From: a virus
Virus record (IMG/VR): IMGVR_UViG_3300017963_000239
Coordinates: 17,880 to 81,879 of that record
Direction: 5' to 3' (one strand)
DNA: 64,000 nucleotides
In this document: in pieces, positions 15,607 through 23,322 of the stretch
Numbering within the stretch: position 1 is the stretch's first letter
How the letters are laid out: each line of letters starts with the position of its first letter
Notes under the pieces: generated by a model
What the model was told of the DNA's origin: nothing
The model's database searches: none
Seen by the model: only the letters and a program-made list of their open reading frames with translations
Translations under genes and position numbers: made by a program

Positions 15607-15846
15607 ATGGCCGGGGTTAAGTTGGTTCTCAGGTACGAGGATCATGAGGTTCATACGGAGGTGCCTCTTCGAGTGGACCTCCCCGAGATGATCCGAAGGT
15701 CACGGTTGAAGGCAGGCGTTCAGGTCTCTACCGAGGTGGGGTTCCAGCTTTTTCGAGAACTGGAGGAGTCGCTGGAGCACCATCGGATTCTTCATCGCAT
15801 GTCGGAGAGTCTGGTCGCCAAGGTCGCGGATGGAAGCGACCCGTAG
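15607..15846 (+). CDS. Hypothetical protein
   Basis: ORF. Confidence 0.5.
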   Translation: MAGVKLVLRYEDHEVHTEVPLRVDLPEMIRRSRLKAGVQVSTEVGFQLFRELEESLEHHRILHRMSESLVAKVADGSDP

Positions 15847-15861
15847 TAGAAAGGAGCGGTC

Positions 15862-16431
15862 ATGTCGTTTCTCGGGATCTCTCTGCCAGCGGACGTCTGC
15901 CGCCTGTTTCGGGACATCAACTGCCCCGGCAACAAGGTGGACATGGGGACCTACCACATCACGATGCTGTACATCGGGGACAAGACCCCCATCAGCGTCG
16001 TGACCAAGGCCATCGAGGTGGCCGCCCCCGTCATGCAGCAGACGCGGCCCTTCGACCTGCAGGTCCGGAAGATTGGCCACTTCCCCGAGAACCCCGACGA
16101 CCGGCCCGGACACCCCATCATCGCGAGGGTCGACAGCCCGATGCTCCACGAGCTTCGCGGTGAGCTGGCGCAGGCGTTCGACGATCGGGAAGTGCCCTAC
16201 TCGAAGAAGTTCCCCGACTTCAATCCGCACGTGACGCTCTCGTACAGCCCCGAACCGTTCGAGACGGAGCTGGAAGAGCCCATCAAGTGGACGTGCAGTG
16301 AGACGGTGCTGTGGGCCGGCGACGACTACGGTGATCGGTTCATCGTGACCTTCCAACTGCCGCGGGAAGGTCCGAAGTACGAGGGGTTCGAGCAGTTCGA
16401 GCACGAGATCAGAGCGCTGCTCAATTCCTAG
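15862..16431 (+). CDS. 2H phosphoesterase (2'-5' RNA ligase / Acb1-like fold)
   Basis: Two HxT motifs: YHITMLY and FNPHVTLSY; AAGGAG RBS. Confidence 0.85.
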   Translation: MSFLGISLPADVCRLFRDINCPGNKVDMGTYHITMLYIGDKTPISVVTKAIEVAAPVMQQTRPFDLQVRKIGHFPENPDDRPGHPIIARVDSPMLHELRGELAQAFDDREVPYSKKFPDFNPHVTLSYSPEPFETELEEPIKWTCSETVLWAGDDYGDRFIVTFQLPREGPKYEGFEQFEHEIRALLNS

Positions 16432-16440
16432 GGCAGCTTT

Positions 16441-16517
16441 GCGCGGGTAGCCCAACTGGCAGAGGCGCCAGATTTAGGATCTGGTTAGTGCGGGTTCGAC
16501 TCCCGCTCCGCGTACCA
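16441..16517 (+). tRNA. tRNA-Leu(TAG), short variable loop
   Basis: CCAGA-TTTAGGA-TCTGG-TTAGT; CCA. Confidence 0.85.
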
Positions 16518-16564
16518 GAGGGGATTTCTCTTGCGAGCTGAACGCGTCTACTTAGACTGGGTTC

Positions 16565-16861
16565 ATGCCGCCGAGCAAGAACCCTTCTTCTCCTTCTTTG
16601 GCGGCGGTCCGTTCTGAGGAGCCCCGGCTTGACCCCAACGCGCTGGACGTGTTGGTGAAGAAGCTGAGCGCCAAGACCGAAGTCACCAACCGGACCGTGG
16701 AGCAGATCTCCGAGCATCTGTCGGAGCAAGCTGTCCTGTTGCGGTCGATGCGGCACGACTTGGGGGTCATGGGGGCTCAGGTCGACAAGGTTGCTCGGGA
16801 CCAGAGCGTGATCAAAGATCTGCTCGCCGATGTCTTATCTCGGCTTCCCAGCAACGACTAG
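16565..16861 (+). CDS. Coiled-coil hypothetical protein
   Basis: TAGACT-N6-ATG; heptad pattern. Confidence 0.6.
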   Translation: MPPSKNPSSPSLAAVRSEEPRLDPNALDVLVKKLSAKTEVTNRTVEQISEHLSEQAVLLRSMRHDLGVMGAQVDKVARDQSVIKDLLADVLSRLPSND

Positions 16862-16867
16862 GCACTT

Positions 16868-16950
16868 GCCGGGGTGGCGGAATGCAGACGCAGTCGGCTT
16901 AAAACCGACCGCCGCAAGGCGTGAGGGTTCAAGTCCCTCCCTCGGCACCA
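16868..16950 (+). tRNA. tRNA-Leu(TAA)
   Basis: GTCGG-CTTAAAA-CCGAC; long variable arm; CCA. Confidence 0.9.
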
Positions 16951-16988
16951 TCGTTGACTATCTGGCGCCTACCTGATAGTGTCTCTGG

Positions 16989-17423
16989 GTGGCCAAGAAG
17001 CAGAGAGCGTTCGATCTTTTCGAAGAGGCCATGCGGGAGGCGCGTGCGCAGGGCATCAAGATCGTGCGCCAGCCGATGTTCGACTGGACAGGTCTTGGAG
17101 AGGACCGGAGCAAGCCGAAGGCGTGTGACGCGACGGGCGCGATGCTCATCAAGATGGGCTACGGCCGAAGCGAGTACACGTACAACGGCAAGACGGAGGT
17201 GTACGGCAGCGGAGAGGTTCGGCCGAAGGGCTGGCCGTTGTTGGTGCAGAAGCACTTGGGCGTTGGGGTGTGGTGGCTCTGGTGTTTCTGGATGGGCTGG
17301 GACTACGGCAATCAGATCCAGGTCGCGGAGACGAACGACAACGGCGACGTGGTTGGGTGGCGAGATGAAGAAGTCAGCAAAGCGGCGATCAAGCTCGCCA
17401 AGAAGTGGGTTCGGCGCCTCTAA
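16989..17423 (+). CDS. Hypothetical protein
   Basis: TTGACT-N17-TAGTGT-N6-GTG; stop inside next tRNA. Confidence 0.7.
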   Translation: MAKKQRAFDLFEEAMREARAQGIKIVRQPMFDWTGLGEDRSKPKACDATGAMLIKMGYGRSEYTYNGKTEVYGSGEVRPKGWPLLVQKHLGVGVWWLWCFWMGWDYGNQIQVAETNDNGDVVGWRDEEVSKAAIKLAKKWVRRL

Positions 17424-17490
17424 CTCAAGTGGTCAGAGTACCCGCCTCATAAGCGGGTAGTTCAGGGTTCGAACCCCTGGGGGCGCACCA
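17414..17490 (+). tRNA. tRNA with CAT anticodon (likely Ile2)
   Basis: CCCGC-CTCATAA-GCGGG; CCA. Confidence 0.85.
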
Positions 17491-17635
17491 TGAAGAAGGG
17501 TTGGAGGAAGAAGACGTGGAGGAAGCAGATCAACTGGTTGTTCAGGTACGTTCGGTGGCGGGTGTGCGGGAGTCCTGAGCCCGAGTTCTGCACCTGCTTG
17601 GACCCGTGGACTTGCGGTAAGCCGCACAGGGCGTG

Positions 17636-18109
17636 ATGAAGATCGTGTTCTTGGACTTCGATGGGGTCATCAACAGCTCCATCTTCTTCAACAAGCGCAA
17701 GCTCGACGAGTCGTTGCGCATGAGCAGTCCCGAGTGGTGGGCTGAGATGATCGACCCCGAGCCTGTGGCGCTGCTCAATCAGATCTTGGACCAGACAGGC
17801 GCGAAGGTGGTCATCTCGTCGACCTGGCGGTTCGCGAACACGTGGGAGGAGTTGCAGGAGATCTTGGAGGTGCGCGGTTTCACCGGAGAGGTCATCGGTG
17901 CGACGAAGAAGATGGACGCCGAAGATCGATGGGTGAAGATTCAGATGTGGCTGGACGAGTCGTCAGAGCCCGTCGAGTCGTTCGTCATCCTTGATGACCT
18001 CGAAACGATGGGAGACCTACAGCACCGTTTGGTGCACACGCACATGAGGTACGGTCTGAAGAAGAAGCATGTGAAGGCGGCCGTGAGGCTGCTGAACAAG
18101 AGCGCGTAG
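17636..18109 (+). CDS. HAD-family phosphatase (Swiss-Army-Knife RNA-repair-like)
   Basis: FLDFDGVIN, VVISSTWR, FVILDD. Confidence 0.85.
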   Translation: MKIVFLDFDGVINSSIFFNKRKLDESLRMSSPEWWAEMIDPEPVALLNQILDQTGAKVVISSTWRFANTWEELQEILEVRGFTGEVIGATKKMDAEDRWVKIQMWLDESSEPVESFVILDDLETMGDLQHRLVHTHMRYGLKKKHVKAAVRLLNKSA

Positions 18110-18171
18110 CTCAGTGGGAGAGCACTACCCTGACACGGTAGGGGTCGGAGGTTCAAATCCTCTCGCGCTCA
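18100..18171 (+). tRNA. tRNA-Val(GAC)
   Basis: CTACC-CTGACAC-GGTAG. Confidence 0.9.
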
Positions 18172-18184
18172 CCGAAAGGAACAT

Positions 18185-18269
18185 GCACAGGTGGCGGAAC
18201 TAGGCAGACGCGCGGGCTTCAGGTGCCCGTACCCTTCGGGGTGTGAGGGTTCGATTCCCTCTCTGTGCA
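18185..18269 (+). tRNA. tRNA-Leu(CAG)
   Basis: CGGGC-TTCAGGT-GCCCG; long variable arm. Confidence 0.9.
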
Positions 18270-18351
18270 CCGCTGGTCGAGGACAGCAGTCCGGGGAAAG
18301 CCTGGTGAGAGAAGCAGGCCCACGGAAGGCGAAGCCTGCCGACCAGCATTC

Positions 18352-18440
18352 GCGAACGTGGCGGAATTTTGGTAGACGCGCAGGCTTGAGGTGCCTGTGG
18401 CCCACTAGTGGCTGTGAGGGTTCGATTCCCTCCGTTCGCA
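18352..18440 (+). tRNA. tRNA-Leu(GAG)
   Basis: CAGGC-TTGAGGT-GCCTG; long variable arm. Confidence 0.9.
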
Positions 18441-18507
18441 CTGCTTCTTCGGAAGCGTGGTGGAGCCGCCGACCGGGCTTACCCCCGGTCGGCCCTTTTT
18501 CACCTCC

Positions 18508-18853
18508 GGGCTCGATCGGTTTCGACGTGGAGGAAAGGAAAGATTCGCGTGTAGGCAGCGCTCGACCTGCCTTGATCAATCGAGCAATTTGCAGTTGCCA
18601 ACGACAACAGCACCCCTCTGGCCGCGAAGGCGGCCTGAGCGCTGGGCGGGTAGGAGTCCGAGTACCCCGCAGGCGCCAATACCACACGGACTGTGCTCGG
18701 GGAGGTTGGCACCGCCGATGCCCGAGCGAGACTTTCGGTGCTGGACAGGCTGGAGAGACGGCCAAGCCCTGCTGTGAGGGTAGATCAGCTACGCACGTGA
18801 ACGAGGATCTTGACGGAACTCGGCGGACCAGGGTTCGATTCCCTGCGGGTCCA
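18508..18853 (+). ncRNA. ssrA: tmRNA; tag (A)NDNSTPLAAKAA at 18597-18638
   Basis: 5' GGGCTCGATCGGTTTCGAC; 3' GGGTTCGATTCCC...GGGTCCA with G3:U70; ANDN...AA reading frame. Confidence 0.92.
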
Positions 18854-18906
18854 CGAAGTCTCCATTGAGCATTGCAGGGAGCGTCCATAAGAGGTACATT
18901 GGTCGA

Positions 18907-19518
18907 ATGGCTCTTGTGGACGTGACCTGCGCTCAATGCGGGAAGAAGGTGAAGAAGCCGGTGGGAGAGGTGAACAGGTCGGTCAGGCTAGGGCGCAAGT
19001 TTTTCTGTGGCTCTGTCTGTTCCGGGTTGTTCAGCGGACAAGCTCGGGCTGCGGTGGAGGTCAAGAAGACGTGCCCTCATTGTGGGGAGGACTTCGTGAC
19101 GACGACCAAAGCACGAGCCAAGAAGTTCTGTTCTAGATCCTGTGCCAGTAAGGGGAGCATGTCCGAAGAGCGCCGGGAGGCGCAGCGTCTGGCGGGCCTC
19201 GCGCACGCGCAGAATCTTCTTTCCCCTGCGGAGACCTTGAAGCAGCGCGAAGCCTGGAAGTACGCAGCGCTGGAGAAGGTGTTGCGGGAGGCGGATCGGG
19301 ACTTCGAGTTCGAGTATCAGGTCGGTGGGTTCGTGTTCGACCTGGCTCTTTTGGACGAGAAGGTTCTGGTAGAGTTCGACGGCCCTCACCATCGAGGGGA
19401 CGAAGCAGAACGAGACAAGCACAAGGAGAAGATGGCGAAGAAACGAGGATTCGTCGTGGTCCGTCGAGAAGTAAAGGCGGCCTCGGTGATTTCCCCAGAC
19501 ACGATCAAGGAACTCTAG
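18907..19518 (+). CDS. Zn-finger plus DUF559/Vsr-like endonuclease (tmRNA cassette)
   Basis: CxxC/FCS repeats; FEYQVGGFVFDLAL...VEFDGPHH...D..K. Confidence 0.75.
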   Translation: MALVDVTCAQCGKKVKKPVGEVNRSVRLGRKFFCGSVCSGLFSGQARAAVEVKKTCPHCGEDFVTTTKARAKKFCSRSCASKGSMSEERREAQRLAGLAHAQNLLSPAETLKQREAWKYAALEKVLREADRDFEFEYQVGGFVFDLALLDEKVLVEFDGPHHRGDEAERDKHKEKMAKKRGFVVVRREVKAASVISPDTIKEL

Positions 19519-19546
19519 TGGGGTTCGATTCCCCGCAGGTCCACCA
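19518..19546 (+). pseudogene. Orphan 3' end (T arm, acceptor strand, CCA) of a tmRNA/Ala-type RNA
   Basis: GTGGGG-TTCGATT-CCCCG-CAGGTCC-ACCA, a variant of 18828-18853. Confidence 0.8.
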
Positions 19547-19590
19547 CGGTTCTCTCGACGCGGCACCGAAGCCGCAGAGAGGCAGACATC

Positions 19591-19914
19591 ATGAAGCGAG
19601 AGTACAACACAGGACAGCACGTCATCTTCGTCGATCCTCACGGCATTCGACGGGACGCGCTCGTCACCATCTGGCACTGCACCGACAACCGCGAGGCTTG
19701 GTTGGAATCTCAACAGGTCAACCGGGAGTCGTGGGCCAAGCAGGATCCCCCGGTCGATGTGCCGGTGACAGAGACCTGCTGCAACTTGGTCTGGGTCAGC
19801 GGAGACGAGAAGCGGACGGACTCCTACGGTCGTCAGATCGTTCGAGAGTCGTCGGTAGTCCACAAGGGCAGCCAGCCTGCCCACGGGAACTACTGGCTCT
19901 GGCCTGACGAGTAG
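19591..19914 (+). CDS. Hypothetical protein
   Basis: ORF with GAGG RBS. Confidence 0.65.
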   Translation: MKREYNTGQHVIFVDPHGIRRDALVTIWHCTDNREAWLESQQVNRESWAKQDPPVDVPVTETCCNLVWVSGDEKRTDSYGRQIVRESSVVHKGSQPAHGNYWLWPDE

Positions 19915-20045
19915 TCGAGCTTGACTGCCAGGCCGGAACCGCGCAGGAACCGGAAGGCTGTTTCGATGTCGCGTCGAGAGGATCGATCAAGCCGAGACGC
20001 GTTGATCTGTGGCGTTATTGGCAGACACGTGATAGCTTAAAGACT

Positions 20046-20132
20046 GCCCGGATGCTGGAATTGGTTTACAGGCCGGTTTCAAAAACCGGTGTCCTCCGGG
20101 GCATGAGGGTTCGACTCCCTCTCCGGGCACCA
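20046..20132 (+). tRNA. tRNA-Leu(CAA)
   Basis: CCGGT-TTCAAAA-ACCGG; long variable arm; CCA. Confidence 0.9.
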
Positions 20133-20133
20133 G

Positions 20134-20682
20134 ATGTTCAACCCCTACGATAAGGAGATCAAGAAGGTCTATGGGCCGTACATGCGTTCTTACCCTCGGG
20201 GGGTGTCAAGGCGGCAAGTTGTGATCTGTTTCGAGGACGGTTCGCGAACAACAATGTCGTACTCCCGATGGTTGATGACACAGCACTTGGGCCGGGCTCT
20301 CGGCGGTGGCGAACATGTAGATCACGAGAACGAGGACCCGCAGGATGACAGGATCGAGAACTTGCAGTTGCTGTCTCCTGGCGAGAATGCGGCGAAGTCG
20401 AATCGGTCACGCCCGTCCCCTTTGAAGGGTGTGGAGAAGGGTTGGTCACATGGGACGGTCTACGGTTGGATGAAGAAGAAGTGCTCGTGTGGGGAGTGTT
20501 CAGCCGCTAAGCGGCGCTGGTTGGACGCTCGCAACGAGGCGCGTCGTGGAGGGGGCGAGGGGCGCAGTTATCAGAAGGCTGTGCATGGTTCCCGGTCGAT
20601 GTACCGGAAGGGTTGTAGGTGCCCCTTGTGTCGTCAGGCTCAGACTGAGTATGCCCGCGAGTACAGGAATCGCAGAAGATGA
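20134..20682 (+). CDS. HNH endonuclease (Leu-CAA cassette)
   Basis: HLGRAL..EHVDHENEDPQDDRIENLQ; two HG..C.C..C modules. Confidence 0.85.
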   Translation: MFNPYDKEIKKVYGPYMRSYPRGVSRRQVVICFEDGSRTTMSYSRWLMTQHLGRALGGGEHVDHENEDPQDDRIENLQLLSPGENAAKSNRSRPSPLKGVEKGWSHGTVYGWMKKKCSCGECSAAKRRWLDARNEARRGGGEGRSYQKAVHGSRSMYRKGCRCPLCRQAQTEYAREYRNRRR

Positions 20683-20972
20683 GCGCAGTCGCAGCATACG
20701 CGAGGAGATACCGGGAGGACGCTTTGCCTTCGCGCCAGCAGATTCCTCCGACGTGCGACCCCCGATGGGAGCGCTGGTGCGCTCCCCTGCTGGAGTTCAT
20801 CCGGCAGTCTCCGCGGACGTGGGAGGACTTGCGCGTGTGGGAGAAGGAGAACAGCATTCGGCCGTCGCTTCTTCTGCAGATGCTCTGCTGGCTTGAGTTC
20901 AATCACCGCGTGGTTGCGGTGACAGAAGGCGGACCCGTTCTGTGGTGCGCCGCAAGGAGAGATCCGAAATGA
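20679..20972 (+). CDS. Hypothetical protein
   Basis: ATGA overlap. Confidence 0.55.
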   Translation: MSAVAAYARRYREDALPSRQQIPPTCDPRWERWCAPLLEFIRQSPRTWEDLRVWEKENSIRPSLLLQMLCWLEFNHRVVAVTEGGPVLWCAARRDPK

Positions 20973-20993
20973 CATGGAAGCAATGAAGGTGAG

Positions 20994-22244
20994 GTGATCA
21001 AGATGACTAGGAGAACATTGAAGCTGACGAGTTGGTACATGCCGATCCAGATCATGTCCTGGCAGGACGCGATCAGCGACGTGTACTTGGGTAGGGTGGT
21101 TCCGGTCGTGGACTACGACGCGGAGGTCCGCTCGCCTTCCACCGTGATGAAGATTCCGGCGGTGGTCCGCATTCCGCGCGCCACGGGAACCATCAAGCGA
21201 GGCATCAAGTTCTCCAAGCTCAACGTGGCAGCTCGGGACCAGTACCGCTGTCAGTACTGTTTGTCTCCAGATCACAGGGTGCTTACGGCGGGGCTGCGGT
21301 GGGTTTCTCTGGGTGACCTAGGTGTTGGAGATCAACTCGTAGGGTTCGATGAAAGCGCGGGGTATGGGATGCTTCGACGCTTCAAGACCTCAGTCGTGGA
21401 GGAGATCAGGCTTACGAGGGCTCCGTTGTTTCGTGTGGTTTTGGACGATGGGACTGTCTTCAGAGCTACGATCGACCACCGCTGGTTGGTGTACAAGTCG
21501 CAGGCGCTTCGTTGGAGAACCACGAAACAGCTCAAGCCTGGTCGCAGAGTTCCTCGTTTGTTTGACCTGTGGTCAGATCTAACAAGTTGGGATGCTGGGT
21601 GGCTGGCCGGCATGTTCGACGGAGAGGGGTGGTTGGAGACAACGACTAACCTCGGTATTGCAGTAGGGCAGAACCCTGGATACTGCTACGATCGCATAAG
21701 CGCGCTAGTCGCCGTTTTCGGTTTCGACTATTCCTCGACTCAGGTGAATACCGACAGGGACTGTCACCGTCTACGTATCCTTGGGGCGGCTTCGGACAAA
21801 TCCAGGTTTCTTGGCAGTGTTCGGCCTCGGAGGTTGTTGGATCAGTTTCGCCCTGAGATGCTGGGAGCCCTCCGCGCTCGGTCGGTTGCCGCTGTGGAAT
21901 GTGTTGAGTCTGCCGGGTCTGGGGAGATTGTAGAAATACGGACTTCTACGGGGACGCTGGTGGTGGAGGGTTTCCCCCATCACAACTGCCTGACGAAGCT
22001 GCCGGTCTCGAAGATCACCTACGACCACGTGTTCCCAAAGTCCCGCGGAGGCGAGACGACGTGGGACAACGTGGTGAGCGCGTGCTCCGAGTGCAACTCG
22101 CGTAAGGACAACAAGACGCCGGAAGAGGCGGGCATGCGGCTGCACACCGTGCCTCGGCGTCCGCACTCGCTGCCGGTCGAGCCGCTGCGGTTGAAGGACA
22201 TGCCTGGCATTCCTGAGCAGTGGCTGGAGTTCGCTGTAGCGTAG
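20994..22244 (+). CDS. McrA-like HNH endonuclease containing an intein
   Basis: RDQYRCQY-[intein]-CLTK...TYDHVFPKSRGG.TTWDNVV.AC..CN..K. Confidence 0.85.
   Translation: MIKMTRRTLKLTSWYMPIQIMSWQDAISDVYLGRVVPVVDYDAEVRSPSTVMKIPAVVRIPRATGTIKRGIKFSKLNVAARDQYRCQYCLSPDHRVLTAGLRWVSLGDLGVGDQLVGFDESAGYGMLRRFKTSVVEEIRLTRAPLFRVVLDDGTVFRATIDHRWLVYKSQALRWRTTKQLKPGRRVPRLFDLWSDLTSWDAGWLAGMFDGEGWLETTTNLGIAVGQNPGYCYDRISALVAVFGFDYSSTQVNTDRDCHRLRILGAASDKSRFLGSVRPRRLLDQFRPEMLGALRARSVAAVECVESAGSGEIVEIRTSTGTLVVEGFPHHNCLTKLPVSKITYDHVFPKSRGGETTWDNVVSACSECNSRKDNKTPEEAGMRLHTVPRRPHSLPVEPLRLKDMPGIPEQWLEFAVA
21258..21986 (+). mobile_element. Intein with LAGLIDADG-type endonuclease
   Basis: C1 CLSPDHRVLT, T..H block B (TIDHRW), WLAGMFDGEG, terminal HHN followed by Cys. 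Confidence 0.9.
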
Positions 22245-22275
22245 CTCGTGGCCCCGGAGCGAAACGGGGCAACCA

Positions 22276-22305
22276 CGGGATGTGGCCTAGTCTGGTTAAG
22301 GCGCC
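22276..22305 (+). pseudogene. 5' half of disrupted resident tRNA-Pro
   Basis: CGGGATG-TGGCCTAGTCTGGTTAAGGC-GCC, then breaks off. Confidence 0.8.
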
Positions 22306-22331
22306 AAGCTTTTGCTAGGCTAGGCTACATC

Positions 22332-22841
22332 ATGTGGAAGCTGCGGGGTCGGAAGCGGGAGAGTAAAGGGCTGTCAGGGTACGAAACAGTCTGTCTTCCG
22401 GAGCACCCGAAGGCGGACGGTCGTGGTCGTGTGTATCTCCATAGGGTTCTGATGGAGAACCACTTAGGGCGCGTGTTAGGGGAAGATGAAGTTGTCCATC
22501 ACAAGAATGGTGACCCCCGAGACAATAGGATCAAAAATTTGGAGATCCTATCGAGAGTGGACCATGCCGCGTTCCACGGGAAAGCCCGACGCGGTCGGGT
22601 CGAAGAGTGCGAGTGCGCGAATTGTGGGACTCGGTTTGAGCGCCTTCGGAGGAAGCTTCAGGGGCAGCGAACCTTTTGCAGTAGGCGCTGTGTGATGCTT
22701 TTCTACAAGCCCCGGCCGCCTCGTACACCGAGGGTCGTAGAGCACGGCACGAACTCCATGTACAAGAACCACGGCTGTCGCTGTTTTGACTGCCGCCGTG
22801 CTCATGCCGAGGCCATGAAGTCGTACAGAAACGGGGTGTAG
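22332..22841 (+). CDS. HNH endonuclease (Pro-GGG cassette)
   Basis: LHRVLMENHLGR.L..DEVVHHKNGDPRDNRIKNLE; HG..GCRC..C module. Confidence 0.9.
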   Translation: MWKLRGRKRESKGLSGYETVCLPEHPKADGRGRVYLHRVLMENHLGRVLGEDEVVHHKNGDPRDNRIKNLEILSRVDHAAFHGKARRGRVEECECANCGTRFERLRRKLQGQRTFCSRRCVMLFYKPRPPRTPRVVEHGTNSMYKNHGCRCFDCRRAHAEAMKSYRNGV

Positions 22842-22908
22842 TTCAGCTTGGAAGAACGCCGCGCTGGGGGCGCGGAGGCCGGAGGTTCAAATCCTCTCAT
22901 CCCGACCA
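22832..22908 (+). tRNA. tRNA-Pro(GGG), replacement/restored copy
   Basis: CCGCG-CTGGGGG-CGCGG; CCA. Confidence 0.9.
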
Positions 22909-23300
22909 TGAATTACGATCACGTCATCTTCGCATCCTACGGCAACGACTCGGTGGCGCTGATTCAGTGGGCGCACATCCACAAGCTGGAGAACGTCGCG
23001 GTTGCCTACTCCGACACGGGGTGGGCCTCCGAGGTCTGGAAGGATCGGGTGGCCGAGTGTGAGGAGTGGGTCAAGACGTTGGGCTTCACGCCCTTCCGCA
23101 TCCCTTCGATGGGTATGGTGGAACTCATCAAGTCCCGGAAGGGTTGGCCGCTTCCGCGCAAGTACCAGTTCTGCACGACGGTGCTGAAGATCGAACCGGC
23201 GCAGAAGTGGCTGGACGAGATCGACGTGGGAGTGGTGGCTGATGGATCAGCGCCTCCCCAAACGCTAGGGATCTTCCGTCTTTCTTGGCGTTTCTGCTAG
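22908..23300 (+). pseudogene. PAPS-reductase-family protein, apparently truncated
   Basis: SYGNDS PP-loop-like motif, SDTGW, FCT..LK..P; tail after WLDEID looks non-homologous. Confidence 0.6.
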
Positions 23301-23322
23301 ACTCCTCGCTCGGAGGACGACA

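Noticed and set aside
18191-18868. ORFs spanning tRNA-Leu genes and tmRNA
   Set aside because: Overlap RNA genes; no protein motifs.
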